A stretch of DNA of 49,526 bases from Escherichia phage Henu7, in the sequence record NC_054894.1, one strand, 5' to 3'. The position numbers and the translations under genes are program-made. Shown in pieces: positions 8,761 to 16,965 of the stretch. A model generated the notes under the pieces. The model did not search any database. It was not told where the DNA came from and saw only the letters and a program-made list of their open reading frames with translations. The stretch's first letter is position 1, and each line of letters opens with the position of its first letter.

Positions 8761-8998
8761 GCAAGGCCGCGAGGCCGTTTGGAATCACGCCAAAGAAACC
8801 GGAATGGCAGACGATATAGCACGAATTGCTAAAATCTTTGATCTGGCTGATGTTAGCATTATCAGCAACGGGAAAATGACTTACTTGCACGAGAGGCCGC
8901 GCAAAATGCATCGCGTTCCAGCAATCCCGACAAAAATCGACTTCAAAGAAGCAATGGAAAAAATTAGAGAGCCGAAAAAGTATTACAAAGGAGAATAG
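8750..8998 (+). CDS. hypothetical protein
   Basis: ATG 8750 with GGAGGG RBS, overlapping the end of the upstream ORF. Confidence 0.45.
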   Translation: MKVEQGREAVWNHAKETGMADDIARIAKIFDLADVSIISNGKMTYLHERPRKMHRVPAIPTKIDFKEAMEKIREPKKYYKGE

Positions 8999-9092
8999 TT
9001 ATCATGTGGCGCTTGCTTGTTCTTCCAATGCCCGTTATCATTGCCGCCGTTGTTATGTACGCACTTGTTATGTGATTTAAGAGGAAAAATTA

Positions 9093-10211
9093 ATGATTCA
9101 GAAAATGACAGACCAGCAGTTTAAAGACGCACGAGCGGAGGGTAAAACCTACAAGCAGATCGCGGAGGAATTTGGCTTGAATGTTCGCACAGTTGAGCGA
9201 CGAGCGGCAAACCTTGCTCGCAAGGGTGAGACTGACGCGAAAGGCGCTCCAGGTTTTGCGGTTGTTCGCGAGTCAGTCCTTACGCGTGCGAACGGCGAGG
9301 AAGTTATGCGCTGGACTATCACCAACAAGGATAAAGAGCAGTTGGAGGCATTAATGCAAGCCGCTATGGAAGCATTCGCAGAGGAAGTGCCACGCCTTGA
9401 TCCTCAGCCTGAAAGCCGCAAAGACTACAGCGAGAGCCTAGCGCTATACCCAATCTTTGATATGCACATTGGCGCAATGGCTCACAAGCATGAGTGTGGT
9501 GAGAATTGGGATACGGCAACAGCCGAAAATGTCATGAATGACTTCTTTGATTATGCGGTTGAGTGTGCGCCAAATAGCGAGAAAGCCGTGCTCCTGATTG
9601 GTGGAGATATGCTTCACAGTGACGGCCTTGAGGCTGTAACACCTGCCAGCGGTCACGTTCTGGATCAGGATAGCCGCTACGCCAAACTTGTTTATGTCGC
9701 AATCCGAGCAACGCGCCGCGCTATCTCCTTGATGTTGACCAAGCACAAAGAGGTTGAAATTCAGGTGATCGAGGGCAATCATGACCAATCAGGCATGATC
9801 TGGCTACGCGCAGCAATGGCTGCGGCATACGAAAACGAGCCACGAGTTACGGTTGATGTTTCTCCCCGCGTGGTGCATCACACGCAGTACGGAAAAACCT
9901 TCCTCGCGTATCATCACGGTCACACCGTGCGCAAGCCTGAAACGTTATTGATGATGTGTGCGGCAGATTGGCGCGAGGATTTTGGCAAATCAAAATCAAT
10001 GTATGCTCATGTAGGCCATTGGCATCACCAGACCGTAACAGAAACCAGCCTGGGGATTGTTGAAGTTCACAGCACTATGGCGGCTAAAGATGCGTATGCG
10101 GCACGCGGCGGCTGGCGCTCTCGTCGTCGCGCGGCGGTTATCATCTACGACAAAGAGCACGGCGAGATCGGGAGATTTATGTTCTACCCTGAAATGATGG
10201 AGTCAAAATAA
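9093..10211 (+). CDS. HTH domain fused to calcineurin-like metallophosphoesterase
   Basis: N-terminal HTH YKQIAEEFGLNVRTVERR; metallophosphoesterase motifs DMHIG, GGDMLHSDG, GNHD, HHGH, GHWHH; RBS AAGAGGA. Confidence 0.6.
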   Translation: MIQKMTDQQFKDARAEGKTYKQIAEEFGLNVRTVERRAANLARKGETDAKGAPGFAVVRESVLTRANGEEVMRWTITNKDKEQLEALMQAAMEAFAEEVPRLDPQPESRKDYSESLALYPIFDMHIGAMAHKHECGENWDTATAENVMNDFFDYAVECAPNSEKAVLLIGGDMLHSDGLEAVTPASGHVLDQDSRYAKLVYVAIRATRRAISLMLTKHKEVEIQVIEGNHDQSGMIWLRAAMAAAYENEPRVTVDVSPRVVHHTQYGKTFLAYHHGHTVRKPETLLMMCAADWREDFGKSKSMYAHVGHWHHQTVTETSLGIVEVHSTMAAKDAYAARGGWRSRRRAAVIIYDKEHGEIGRFMFYPEMMESK

Positions 10212-10381
10212 TGAAAGTTAAATGCGTTGAGAATTCATCTAAAACACTGCCTTACTACGAGGGCTTTGTGTACGAGGCGGATACTTTACCTGGCGGGATG
10301 TATAAGATTAAAGATGAATCAGGGCAGCACATTATTGCGCCGCTAAAGGGGCATTATCTGGAGTTTTTACGGGTTGATTAA
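10211..10381 (+). CDS. small hypothetical protein
   Basis: ATG overlaps upstream stop (TAATG); followed directly by an intrinsic terminator. Confidence 0.4.
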   Translation: MKVKCVENSSKTLPYYEGFVYEADTLPGGMYKIKDESGQHIIAPLKGHYLEFLRVD

Positions 10382-10403
10382 CATTTAACTTCATGAGCTT
10401 ACA

Positions 10404-10434
10404 AAGGGTTAGCATTTGCTAGCCCTTTTTTTAT
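10404..10434 (+). terminator. intrinsic terminator
   Basis: Hairpin GGGTTAGCATTTGCTAGCCC followed by TTTTTTT; the stem itself contains a TAGCA...TGCTA palindrome. Confidence 0.75.
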
Positions 10435-10508
10435 TGTTTTGTTTTTACTCGTTGCTGGTTAACATACACACACTTGACTATTGACATTTAAAACAAGGAG
10501 ATCAGATT

Positions 10509-10724
10509 ATGAGAGAATTTTTAAACGCAGCTACCACCAGCACCGGAGGCGCGTCACTGGCTGGAGCGGCAACAGGTCAAATTACAATTGCGGTTGCTGG
10601 CCTTGTACTTATGGCTGCCTTTGGATTTTGGGGCGCTTACTTGCGCTGGAAAGATAGCAAGGCGCTGCGAGAGGCTTTGGATCGTGAAGATATCAAAGAG
10701 GCAATTCGAATCAGGGGGAAATAA
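10509..10724 (+). CDS. holin (probable pinholin)
   Basis: 71 aa with one strongly hydrophobic segment [21 protein letters not shown] and charged C-terminus; immediately upstream of endolysin; RBS AAGGAG. Confidence 0.6.
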   Translation: MREFLNAATTSTGGASLAGAATGQITIAVAGLVLMAAFGFWGAYLRWKDSKALREALDREDIKEAIRIRGK

Positions 10725-10726
10725 TC

Positions 10727-11221
10727 ATGAGTTTACAGAGAAGCGCGGCATACGCTTTATTTGGCGCTGCGCTCTCGTTAACTTCTCCACTCCTGGAGGA
10801 GATCGAGGGCATCCGGTACAAGCCTTATAAAGATATTGCAGGAATCTGGACAGTCTGCGCGGGTATTACCGGATCTGACGTTGTGCTTGGTAAGACGTAC
10901 ACGCAGAGAGAATGTGACGCACTTCTTGCCAAGCATATCGGGATTGCAAAGGCAGAAGTCGATAAGCGCGTAAAGGTTGAGATACCGGACACTATGCGTG
11001 CGGCAATGTACTCCTTTACGTACAACGCTGGTACTGGAGCGTTTCGCAAGTCAACCATGCTCAAGAAGATCAACAATGGCGATCTTTATGGGGCGTGCGA
11101 CGAGCTTTGGAAATGGACGTATTACTACAATCCAAAAACGGGCAAGCGCGAGAAGTCCAAAGGTTTAAAAAACCGTCGCGCGGTTGAGTATAAATATTGC
11201 ACTAAGGATCTGAAAAAATGA
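10727..11221 (+). CDS. SAR endolysin (T4-lysozyme-type glycoside hydrolase with N-terminal signal-anchor-release domain)
   Basis: Gly/Ala-rich N-terminal hydrophobic domain; catalytic E-x8-D-x5-T pattern [22 protein letters not shown] like phage 21 R and T4 lysozyme. Confidence 0.8.
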   Translation: MSLQRSAAYALFGAALSLTSPLLEEIEGIRYKPYKDIAGIWTVCAGITGSDVVLGKTYTQRECDALLAKHIGIAKAEVDKRVKVEIPDTMRAAMYSFTYNAGTGAFRKSTMLKKINNGDLYGACDELWKWTYYYNPKTGKREKSKGLKNRRAVEYKYCTKDLKK

Positions 11222-11613
11222 AACGATTAGCTTTGGCGGTACTGGTTGCCGCCTCTCTTTCTGGTTGTTCAGCGTCAAGCGCTCTGAGCGGTTTAATCGG
11301 CAGCAAGCCGGAAATCACAGCACAGGCCGGAGCCGAAAACGTAAAGCAAACAGTAGGCGTGACGGCAAAGAATGACGAGAGCAGCAAGCAGGAAAGCACG
11401 ATCAAGGATTCGCAGGTTGGAAAGGTTGACTCCTCCAACAAAAAGAAGGTGAGCACTTCAAGCATCCAGGCTGAGACAATCACAGCCGACAAGATCGAGA
11501 TCAGAAACAGCGAGAGCGATTTGTATGTGATGTTCTTTGCGCTGGCTTGCTTATTTGTTGCTGGCTTTGCCGCTGGCGTTTTTTGGAAGGGCAGAAAAAA
11601 TAAAGGGGCATAA
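11218..11613 (+). CDS. unimolecular spanin (lipoprotein with C-terminal transmembrane domain)
   Basis: Lipobox LSGC at the N-terminus and C-terminal [24 protein letters not shown]; position after endolysin; architecture of the T1-type u-spanin. Confidence 0.7.
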   Translation: MKRLALAVLVAASLSGCSASSALSGLIGSKPEITAQAGAENVKQTVGVTAKNDESSKQESTIKDSQVGKVDSSNKKKVSTSSIQAETITADKIEIRNSESDLYVMFFALACLFVAGFAAGVFWKGRKNKGA

Positions 11614-11626
11614 TGCCCCTTTTTTC
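11595..11626. terminator. bidirectional intrinsic terminator
   Basis: GGGGCATAATGCCCC hairpin flanked by an A-run and a T-run; ends the lysis cassette (+) and the leftward early operon (-). Confidence 0.7.
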
Positions 11627-11745
11627 ATTCCAGTAGTCTGGCGTTGACTAATACAACTCCGTCCTCGTCGTGCAGGTTGTGCTCCTTTGCCGGATTAGCT
11701 CGCATATCGCTGTACAGGATCAGGAGCAGCGCCGCAATCATTTCG

Positions 11746-12138
11746 TCATGCGATACCGAATTTTTTGCGCAGTGCATCATAATCGCATCTATTAGATTTT
11801 GTGTTGAATAATTCATCGTCGCTTAACTCGTCAAGGTGAAACAGATCGTAAATGTATTTATTGCTCTCACCCTCCAGGCTATACAGTTCAAACCCAAACG
11901 GCCTCTTGTGCGAGCCGTGGCACGTCACCACGCCTTTATCTATCCCAAGATAGCCCAATGTAGCCATTCGCGGTATAAACTCAAGAGAGACGCTTGAGGC
12001 GAATTTGCGAGGCGTCATATTGGCGGCTCTTGCGAGCCGCTCACATTCTTTGTGCTGAAAAACAAATCTGGCTAAGTGCTGACGGTTAAACCAATCGTAA
12101 CTTTCGCAAAACTTATACAGATCCAGCAGAAACATCAT
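11746..12138 (-). CDS. hypothetical protein
   Basis: ATG follows the upstream stop by 3 nt (TGA TAA ATGATG), suggesting translational coupling. Confidence 0.5.
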   Translation of the reverse strand: MMFLLDLYKFCESYDWFNRQHLARFVFQHKECERLARAANMTPRKFASSVSLEFIPRMATLGYLGIDKGVVTCHGSHKRPFGFELYSLEGESNKYIYDLFHLDELSDDELFNTKSNRCDYDALRKKFGIA

Positions 12139-12141
12139 TTA

Positions 12142-13719
12142 TCACCCCATTAAAGCAGGATTAACAAACACGCGCCCATTCGTGAGGCATACGTAATTCA
12201 GATCTTCAAGGATTGGCAGCAAGTGCTCCTCAATTCGCTTCATCACGCCAGCCTGACCTAAGAACGGACGAACCTTTCGCACAGATTCGTAAATCGCTCG
12301 CGCAGTGATAGCGCCCTTATTGGCTTTTCCGAGTCTGGTTATCGTGTCGATAATCTTGATCAACTCTGCATCCTGACCAGCATGACCGGAGGCGTTTGCC
12401 GCGCTAATGTAGGTCTTGCTTAACTCCTGGAACATCAAGAGCGCCTCTTGCATTGTCTCAACGTCAATCTCTCGTGACTTTGTGGCGGTTCCGTTAACGT
12501 CCTGCCAGTTTCGGATCGTATGGATAACGGAGGCCAGGCGAATAACCTGCTTATCCATTTTACCCAACGCGCCGCGTAGCATGGTGTGAGAATATTCTCC
12601 TCCGTCTGCAAGCTTTGGCTCCATTTCCTGGCGTGCCATGTTGAGCACTCGCATAGCGGAGCGGCTAACCTTCAACGAAACGTATTGCTCCGTCATGATA
12701 TTGTGGATCAGCTTGTAATAATCCGCCTTAAGACCCGCATCAACTGGCGTGTAGGTTGTGTCTCCTTTGTCGTCAACAAACTTACGGCGGCCTAAGAATG
12801 ATTCCTCGCGCACCAGCAAGAAGCGCTCAGAAACACCGATACCACGAGCACCAGCCTCCATAATGCCGCTGATTGTTTCGTCCTGCGCAATCACAGCCAT
12901 GCAACCAAGAGCCGTAAAGCTCATGTTGTTCTCTGCGTTTGCACGAGCAATTGAAACGTGACCACTATCCCAAGCCTTTAACACCAATTCGCTGTTAGTC
13001 TTGCGCTCGCTATTGGCGTATGTTAGGCCGAGCAGTGAGTTGATACTTGTTGCCTCGTCCGAGATAACAGCAAAGTTACCCTGGCGGAAGTTGATTTTAG
13101 CCAAACCCTCTGGAGTGGTATCTGAAACAGGAAATACAACGTCGCACAGTTTAGCCAGCTTCTCCTCGTACTCCTCTTTTTCCTCGTAAAGAGCAGCATA
13201 CTCAGTGCCGGAGCGCTCGCTCTTTAATTCCTTTGCGATCCCGTTGAGTTTTGCCTGAATCTTTTTGCGCTCTTTCTTTCGTTGCTCGTTGATGCGCTCA
13301 ACCTCTGCAACAATCGGAGCAATAGCCATTGAGTTGATCGCGGATTTACCAGTAGACGGCGGCTGGCTGGTAACAACGTATAGCGCCGTTGGCTGATCGG
13401 TTCCGTGGTACTCCACGGTGAATCGTCCGAGCATTGCGGCAGACACGCAGCCTACAAAGTGCATATAGGCAGATGAAACAGGGAATTGCACAGACTCAGC
13501 CAGGCTGCGAGACAACTTGCCTACAACGTCGCAATCGTTGCCGAGGGAAATAACAGGGTATTTGTCGTTTCCGCTGTTAATGTCCTTCACGTCACCCCAA
13601 AAACCAGACGAGCGAGAGTATCCGTTTGCCTGGATTGCAACCTTAACGGCGCTCAAGCCTTGAGCCTCAGCCGTTGAAATGATTTGTTGTGGTGTCAGCG
13701 TGGATTGTTCAAAAAACAT
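12142..13719 (-). CDS. P-loop NTPase of unknown function (possibly DUF3987/YfjI-like replication-associated ATPase)
   Basis: Walker A SQPPSTGKS and Walker B FAVISDE; 525 aa; preceded by full regulatory unit with TATAAT; family assignment is from memory and unverified. Confidence 0.5.
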   Translation of the reverse strand: MFFEQSTLTPQQIISTAEAQGLSAVKVAIQANGYSRSSGFWGDVKDINSGNDKYPVISLGNDCDVVGKLSRSLAESVQFPVSSAYMHFVGCVSAAMLGRFTVEYHGTDQPTALYVVTSQPPSTGKSAINSMAIAPIVAEVERINEQRKKERKKIQAKLNGIAKELKSERSGTEYAALYEEKEEYEEKLAKLCDVVFPVSDTTPEGLAKINFRQGNFAVISDEATSINSLLGLTYANSERKTNSELVLKAWDSGHVSIARANAENNMSFTALGCMAVIAQDETISGIMEAGARGIGVSERFLLVREESFLGRRKFVDDKGDTTYTPVDAGLKADYYKLIHNIMTEQYVSLKVSRSAMRVLNMARQEMEPKLADGGEYSHTMLRGALGKMDKQVIRLASVIHTIRNWQDVNGTATKSREIDVETMQEALLMFQELSKTYISAANASGHAGQDAELIKIIDTITRLGKANKGAITARAIYESVRKVRPFLGQAGVMKRIEEHLLPILEDLNYVCLTNGRVFVNPALMG

Positions 13720-13774
13720 CTTAAAGTCTCCTTGTTGGTTGACCCGTATTATAGGTCAACCATCTTACAGCCTT

Positions 13775-13795
13775 TTGGCAATTCGTGCTATTTTA
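13775..13795 (-). promoter_or_regulatory. palindromic element plus hairpin plus TATAAT upstream of P-loop gene
   Basis: Minus strand reads AAAATAGCACGAATTGCCAAAA, hairpin GGTTGACC-TATAAT-ACGGGTCAACC, RBS AAGGAG. Confidence 0.45.
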
Positions 13796-14033
13796 AACGT
13801 TCAACTTTTGCGAGAAGTTTCGATCCGTCATGGCTCCAGCATTCGAGCGTCTCAGGATCAAAGTCTAAAGACCTGTGGAATGTGTGACCAATCAGCAGAT
13901 ATCCGCCACGTTGACGAATCTGATAAACCGTTTCGCCAACCGTGAATATTGAAATGTCGCTGTATGTCACCTTAAATCTGTTAGCCAGCATACTCTTTGG
14001 TATGTGGCGCGTGTATTCTACACCTTTAATCAT
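13788..14033 (-). CDS. hypothetical protein
   Basis: ATG overlaps the stop of the upstream gene (ATGA). Confidence 0.45.
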   Translation of the reverse strand: MIKGVEYTRHIPKSMLANRFKVTYSDISIFTVGETVYQIRQRGGYLLIGHTFHRSLDFDPETLECWSHDGSKLLAKVERLK

Positions 14034-14416
14034 GAGTATTTCGCCTCGAATAAGTAAGCACCACCAGCAGAGAAACCAACCTCCTCCCGATACAGAGTGA
14101 AGCGGTCGCCGTCCTCGTCAAACACGTAGCCAGCAACGCCGCCCAACACGCGCCCTTGTTCGATCTGGTAGCGATTGCCAGCCTTAAACGTTTTCTTGTG
14201 CTTCATGCTATGATCAACCCAAGTACATTTTATTGTTTTGGTCTTGATCTCGCGGAAATCATTAATGTTAGCCTCAGTCCACTTGCTACCTTTCGTCAGT
14301 TCTCGAACCTGGAAAACCTCCATTTCAACGAATTCACCACTGTCATTGACAGGAACCATTGCCGCTTTAAAGCGAGCTTTCATTAATTTGTTGTCAGAGT
14401 TACGGATAACTTTCAT
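14030..14416 (-). CDS. hypothetical protein
   Basis: Start ATG 14416 (MKVIRNSD) with RBS AAAGGGGA; preceded by palindromic unit with TATTAT. Confidence 0.5.
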   Translation of the reverse strand: MKVIRNSDNKLMKARFKAAMVPVNDSGEFVEMEVFQVRELTKGSKWTEANINDFREIKTKTIKCTWVDHSMKHKKTFKAGNRYQIEQGRVLGGVAGYVFDEDGDRFTLYREEVGFSAGGAYLFEAKYS

Positions 14417-14470
14417 GATTTTCCCCTTTCGTTTGATGTGGTTGCATAATAGCGGATCTAATAGACCCGC

Positions 14471-14492
14471 TTTTAACAAAAAGTGCTATTTT
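14471..14492 (-). promoter_or_regulatory. palindromic element plus hairpin
   Basis: Minus strand reads AAAATAGCACTTTTTGTTAAAA then GCGGGTCTATTAGATCCGC, TATTAT, leader CAAACGAAAGG. Confidence 0.45.
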
Positions 14493-15199
14493 GAGTTGGC
14501 AAGCCATACAGCAATAGCCAGGCCGCGAGGAGTGAGCGAGTGAATCAGTTTTGTTCGCGCTGATTTACCGCCTAATTTCTTCCAGCCTGGATTATCATTC
14601 CCAACCGGATCAACTGGCAAAGCCTCAGGCATCACAAAGCCGTTACCAGTCCAAAGGCAAGTTTGCTTATTGTAAGCGTCGCTCGCTGGGATGATATCAG
14701 GGAAAGCAGGGTGAGCTTCATCCTTGATATGGATGTAGCCGCCATAGTCGCACGGATGGAATTTGTGATCCGGCTTGCGCCATAGCGTTGACAGCTTGCC
14801 TACAGGGTTTTCGATCATGTACGGAGCGCCGAAATGATCAGCAATCTCCGCCGCAATCTTGCAGGTCGCCGCCGCCTTAACCTGGAAATCTGGATCAATC
14901 TCAGCTTTACGCTTCCAGTGGCGAGATCCGGAGTTTGCAAGGTCAGTACATGGAGGAAACGCCATAATGAAATCAGGCTTACCCCAAAGCAGGTTGCACG
15001 CGCTCGCCTTGAAATCCTCGTCAATCCAGGCGTTAACGTAGCGAATATTGGGATGCGTTACGCGCACTGACTGGTATGAGCCGTGATCACCTTCATCGGC
15101 ATTAAAACAGACAACTTCATAACCAGCTTTCGCCCACGGCATAGCCGCATAGCCGGAGCCGTCGAACATTGAGAAAACCAGGCCTTTACGTTCAAACAT
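14486..15199 (-). CDS. cytosine-C5 DNA methyltransferase-like protein
   Basis: Start ATG 15199 with GAGGTG RBS; motifs FDGSG (motif I-like), FPPCTD (PC catalytic motif IV-like) and IENPVG (ENV motif VI-like); short at 237 aa, so target-recognition domain is minimal. Confidence 0.5.
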   Translation of the reverse strand: MFERKGLVFSMFDGSGYAAMPWAKAGYEVVCFNADEGDHGSYQSVRVTHPNIRYVNAWIDEDFKASACNLLWGKPDFIMAFPPCTDLANSGSRHWKRKAEIDPDFQVKAAATCKIAAEIADHFGAPYMIENPVGKLSTLWRKPDHKFHPCDYGGYIHIKDEAHPAFPDIIPASDAYNKQTCLWTGNGFVMPEALPVDPVGNDNPGWKKLGGKSARTKLIHSLTPRGLAIAVWLANSK

Positions 15200-15209
15200 A
15201 TCTATCACC

Positions 15210-15494
15210 TCAGAACGGGAAGCAACGTTTGCAAGCCGGATCAAAATCACAGCCGCAGTCATTTACAATCATGGTTGGATCGGCAAACATCGCTCCGCTT
15301 TCCATATCCATATCCATATCGCCAAGCGCATCATCCAGCGTGCGCAGTTTATAAGCAACCTCAAGCGCAGCCTCTTTATTCAGTCCAGCCGCCTCCGCCT
15401 CTTGCAGACGGGCAAAGAAACCATCTTGTACCACAATTTTCTCCTCTAAACTGGCGGCGAAATTGCCGCCTTTAAACCAATCAGGACTTACCAA
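15210..15494 (-). CDS. hypothetical acidic protein
   Basis: ORF overlapping the upstream stop; no clear RBS; DMDMDMESG acidic repeat. Confidence 0.35.
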   Translation of the reverse strand: MVSPDWFKGGNFAASLEEKIVVQDGFFARLQEAEAAGLNKEAALEVAYKLRTLDDALGDMDMDMESGAMFADPTMIVNDCGCDFDPACKRCFPF

Positions 15495-15718
15495 GCTTTC
15501 CAGGTTTCGATATACATCGAATTTTTATCCAGGAAGTCGATCACATCTTGCTTGCTGTACTGGCGCAGAGTGCAGCGCGGCGACGTTCCAACGGTGTAGC
15601 AGCCTTTACCCTCGGTGATGGTCACTTGCTTGATTTTCTCGCCTGGAATGTCGCACTTGATGATTACGCGGTGATTGCTGTCCAGGGTTTTCATGATGTT
15701 TTGGGTTTTGAGCTTCAT
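15488..15718 (-). CDS. hypothetical protein
   Basis: Preceded by a full regulatory unit; RBS AAGGAG. Confidence 0.5.
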   Translation of the reverse strand: MKLKTQNIMKTLDSNHRVIIKCDIPGEKIKQVTITEGKGCYTVGTSPRCTLRQYSKQDVIDFLDKNSMYIETWKAW

Positions 15719-15774
15719 TCGTTTCTCCTTGTTCTTTGTTGATGGCGCTACTATACCAGGCCGCAGCGCCGGAG

Positions 15775-15795
15775 TTTTAACAAAAGGTGCTATCA
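15775..15795 (-). promoter_or_regulatory. palindromic element plus hairpin plus TATAGT
   Basis: Minus strand reads GATAGCACCTTTTGTTAAAA, hairpin GGCGCTGCGGCCTGGTATAGTAGCGCC, leader, RBS. Confidence 0.45.
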
Positions 15796-15871
15796 GTTCC
15801 AGAATGAGTGGCGGGGCGCACGTTTACCATCACCGCCGTAGTGGTCATTGGCAACTGCAATCATCCAGGCG

Positions 15872-16153
15872 TTAGCGAATATCAGCAGCCGCATAAATCA
15901 CTCCTTTAATCTTCTTGATCTCGTCAACTAGCTCTTGCTCGTCGTGAATCATGGCTGGCGAGCACTCCCAACAAGCGGAGGGAAGTTTCTTGTTCTTGCC
16001 CTTGATCAGAAATCCGCCCATCAACTCCCAATTGCAGATAAGGCGATCATCACGCATATCGTACAGGTTGAACAAGTTGCGGCGCTCGCCGCTAACATAA
16101 ATCTTCATGCCATTGTTGCGGCAGAATACGCGTAATTCTTTTGTCACTCGCAT
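15872..16153 (-). CDS. hypothetical protein
   Basis: GGAGAG RBS; ATG overlaps upstream stop. Confidence 0.45.
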   Translation of the reverse strand: MRVTKELRVFCRNNGMKIYVSGERRNLFNLYDMRDDRLICNWELMGGFLIKGKNKKLPSACWECSPAMIHDEQELVDEIKKIKGVIYAAADIR

Positions 16154-16347
16154 TATTCACTCTCCAGTACGGTTACAGGATCCAGACGCTCCAGCACAAC
16201 TTTGAAGTCGGCAAAGAATGTCGGCCTACGTTCGGTTAACTCTGTATAGGTGTCAGTCGCCAGCGTTGCGCATTCACCTTCATAGCACACCACACGCTTT
16301 CCGTTCTCGCGACTGATTGCCACCACGCGATAGGTATTCTTGACCAT
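16153..16347 (-). CDS. hypothetical protein
   Basis: GGAGG RBS; ATG overlaps upstream stop. Confidence 0.45.
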   Translation of the reverse strand: MVKNTYRVVAISRENGKRVVCYEGECATLATDTYTELTERRPTFFADFKVVLERLDPVTVLESE

Positions 16348-16547
16348 TAAATAACCTCCATCACAGTATGCTCGTCACCAGCAAGTGACCAGAGAGTGTT
16401 AGTAAGTTGCTTCACTTTCCAGGTTAGGCCGGAGTGATAGCAGACCATTTCCTCAAGGTCTATTGTGATCTCAACGCCTTTCTTGAAGATCCCACGCGTC
16501 AGCTCTGGATTGCGGCGAATAACTTTAACGTCGATCTGGTCTTGCAT
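16347..16547 (-). CDS. hypothetical protein
   Basis: Start ATG 16547 with RBS CTGAGGAA and leader AACGAAAC; the longer track ORF starts at a TTG inside the palindrome. Confidence 0.45.
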   Translation of the reverse strand: MQDQIDVKVIRRNPELTRGIFKKGVEITIDLEEMVCYHSGLTWKVKQLTNTLWSLAGDEHTVMEVI

Positions 16548-16604
16548 TTTTGATTCCTCAGTTTCGTTTTGTTGAGGCAATGATAGCGCATCGCCTCTGA
16601 TTGG

Positions 16605-16625
16605 TTTTAGCAAATCGTGCTATTC
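16605..16625 (-). promoter_or_regulatory. palindromic element
   Basis: Minus strand reads GAATAGCACGATTTGCTAAAA then TATCAT hexamer and CAACAAAACGAAAC leader. Confidence 0.45.
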
Positions 16626-16887
16626 AGTTCTTAACCTGGCTCATGCGATCCATTTCACGATACCAGATAACCAAATCTTCCAGCGCCAGGAACAAGTCAG
16701 CTTTCTTTGTCTCCCTGATGGTGTCACATACCAGGTTGATATCACATTCCAGCACGCCCAGGTACTCGCCATACTGACGGCAACCTTCAATGTTGTCTGC
16801 CTTGCTGGTGCGGCGATTGTTACGCTGCGCACGGCAAATCAGGCTGATGATGTTGCTGGTTTCTTTGCTGGTGATGTGATAGGTCAT
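16624..16887 (-). CDS. hypothetical protein (first gene of leftward early operon)
   Basis: Leader CGAAACGAACTGAGGAAAACGAAA-ATG, the same pattern as rightward early genes. Confidence 0.5.
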   Translation of the reverse strand: MTYHITSKETSNIISLICRAQRNNRRTSKADNIEGCRQYGEYLGVLECDINLVCDTIRETKKADLFLALEDLVIWYREMDRMSQVKN

Positions 16888-16944
16888 TTTCGTTTTCCTC
16901 AGTTCGTTTCGATGAATGCATTATGCCAAATCCAGATCACGGAG

Positions 16945-16965
16945 TTTTAGCAAAAAGTGCTATTC
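16945..16965 (-). promoter_or_regulatory. palindromic element plus CATAAT upstream of leftward early operon
   Basis: Minus strand reads GAATAGCACTTTTTGCTAAAA, then CATAAT, then leader. Confidence 0.45.

Noticed and set aside
11625-11816. 63-aa minus-strand ORF overlapping gene 11746..12138 by 70 nt
   Set aside because: Weak RBS, large out-of-frame overlap, and stop located within the terminator T-run; not annotated.-
15763-15894. Small minus-strand ORF (MRLLIFANAW...) with an AAGGAG-like RBS
   Set aside because: It is out of frame but overlaps the 3' end of gene 15872..16153; the apparent RBS is coding sequence of that gene.-
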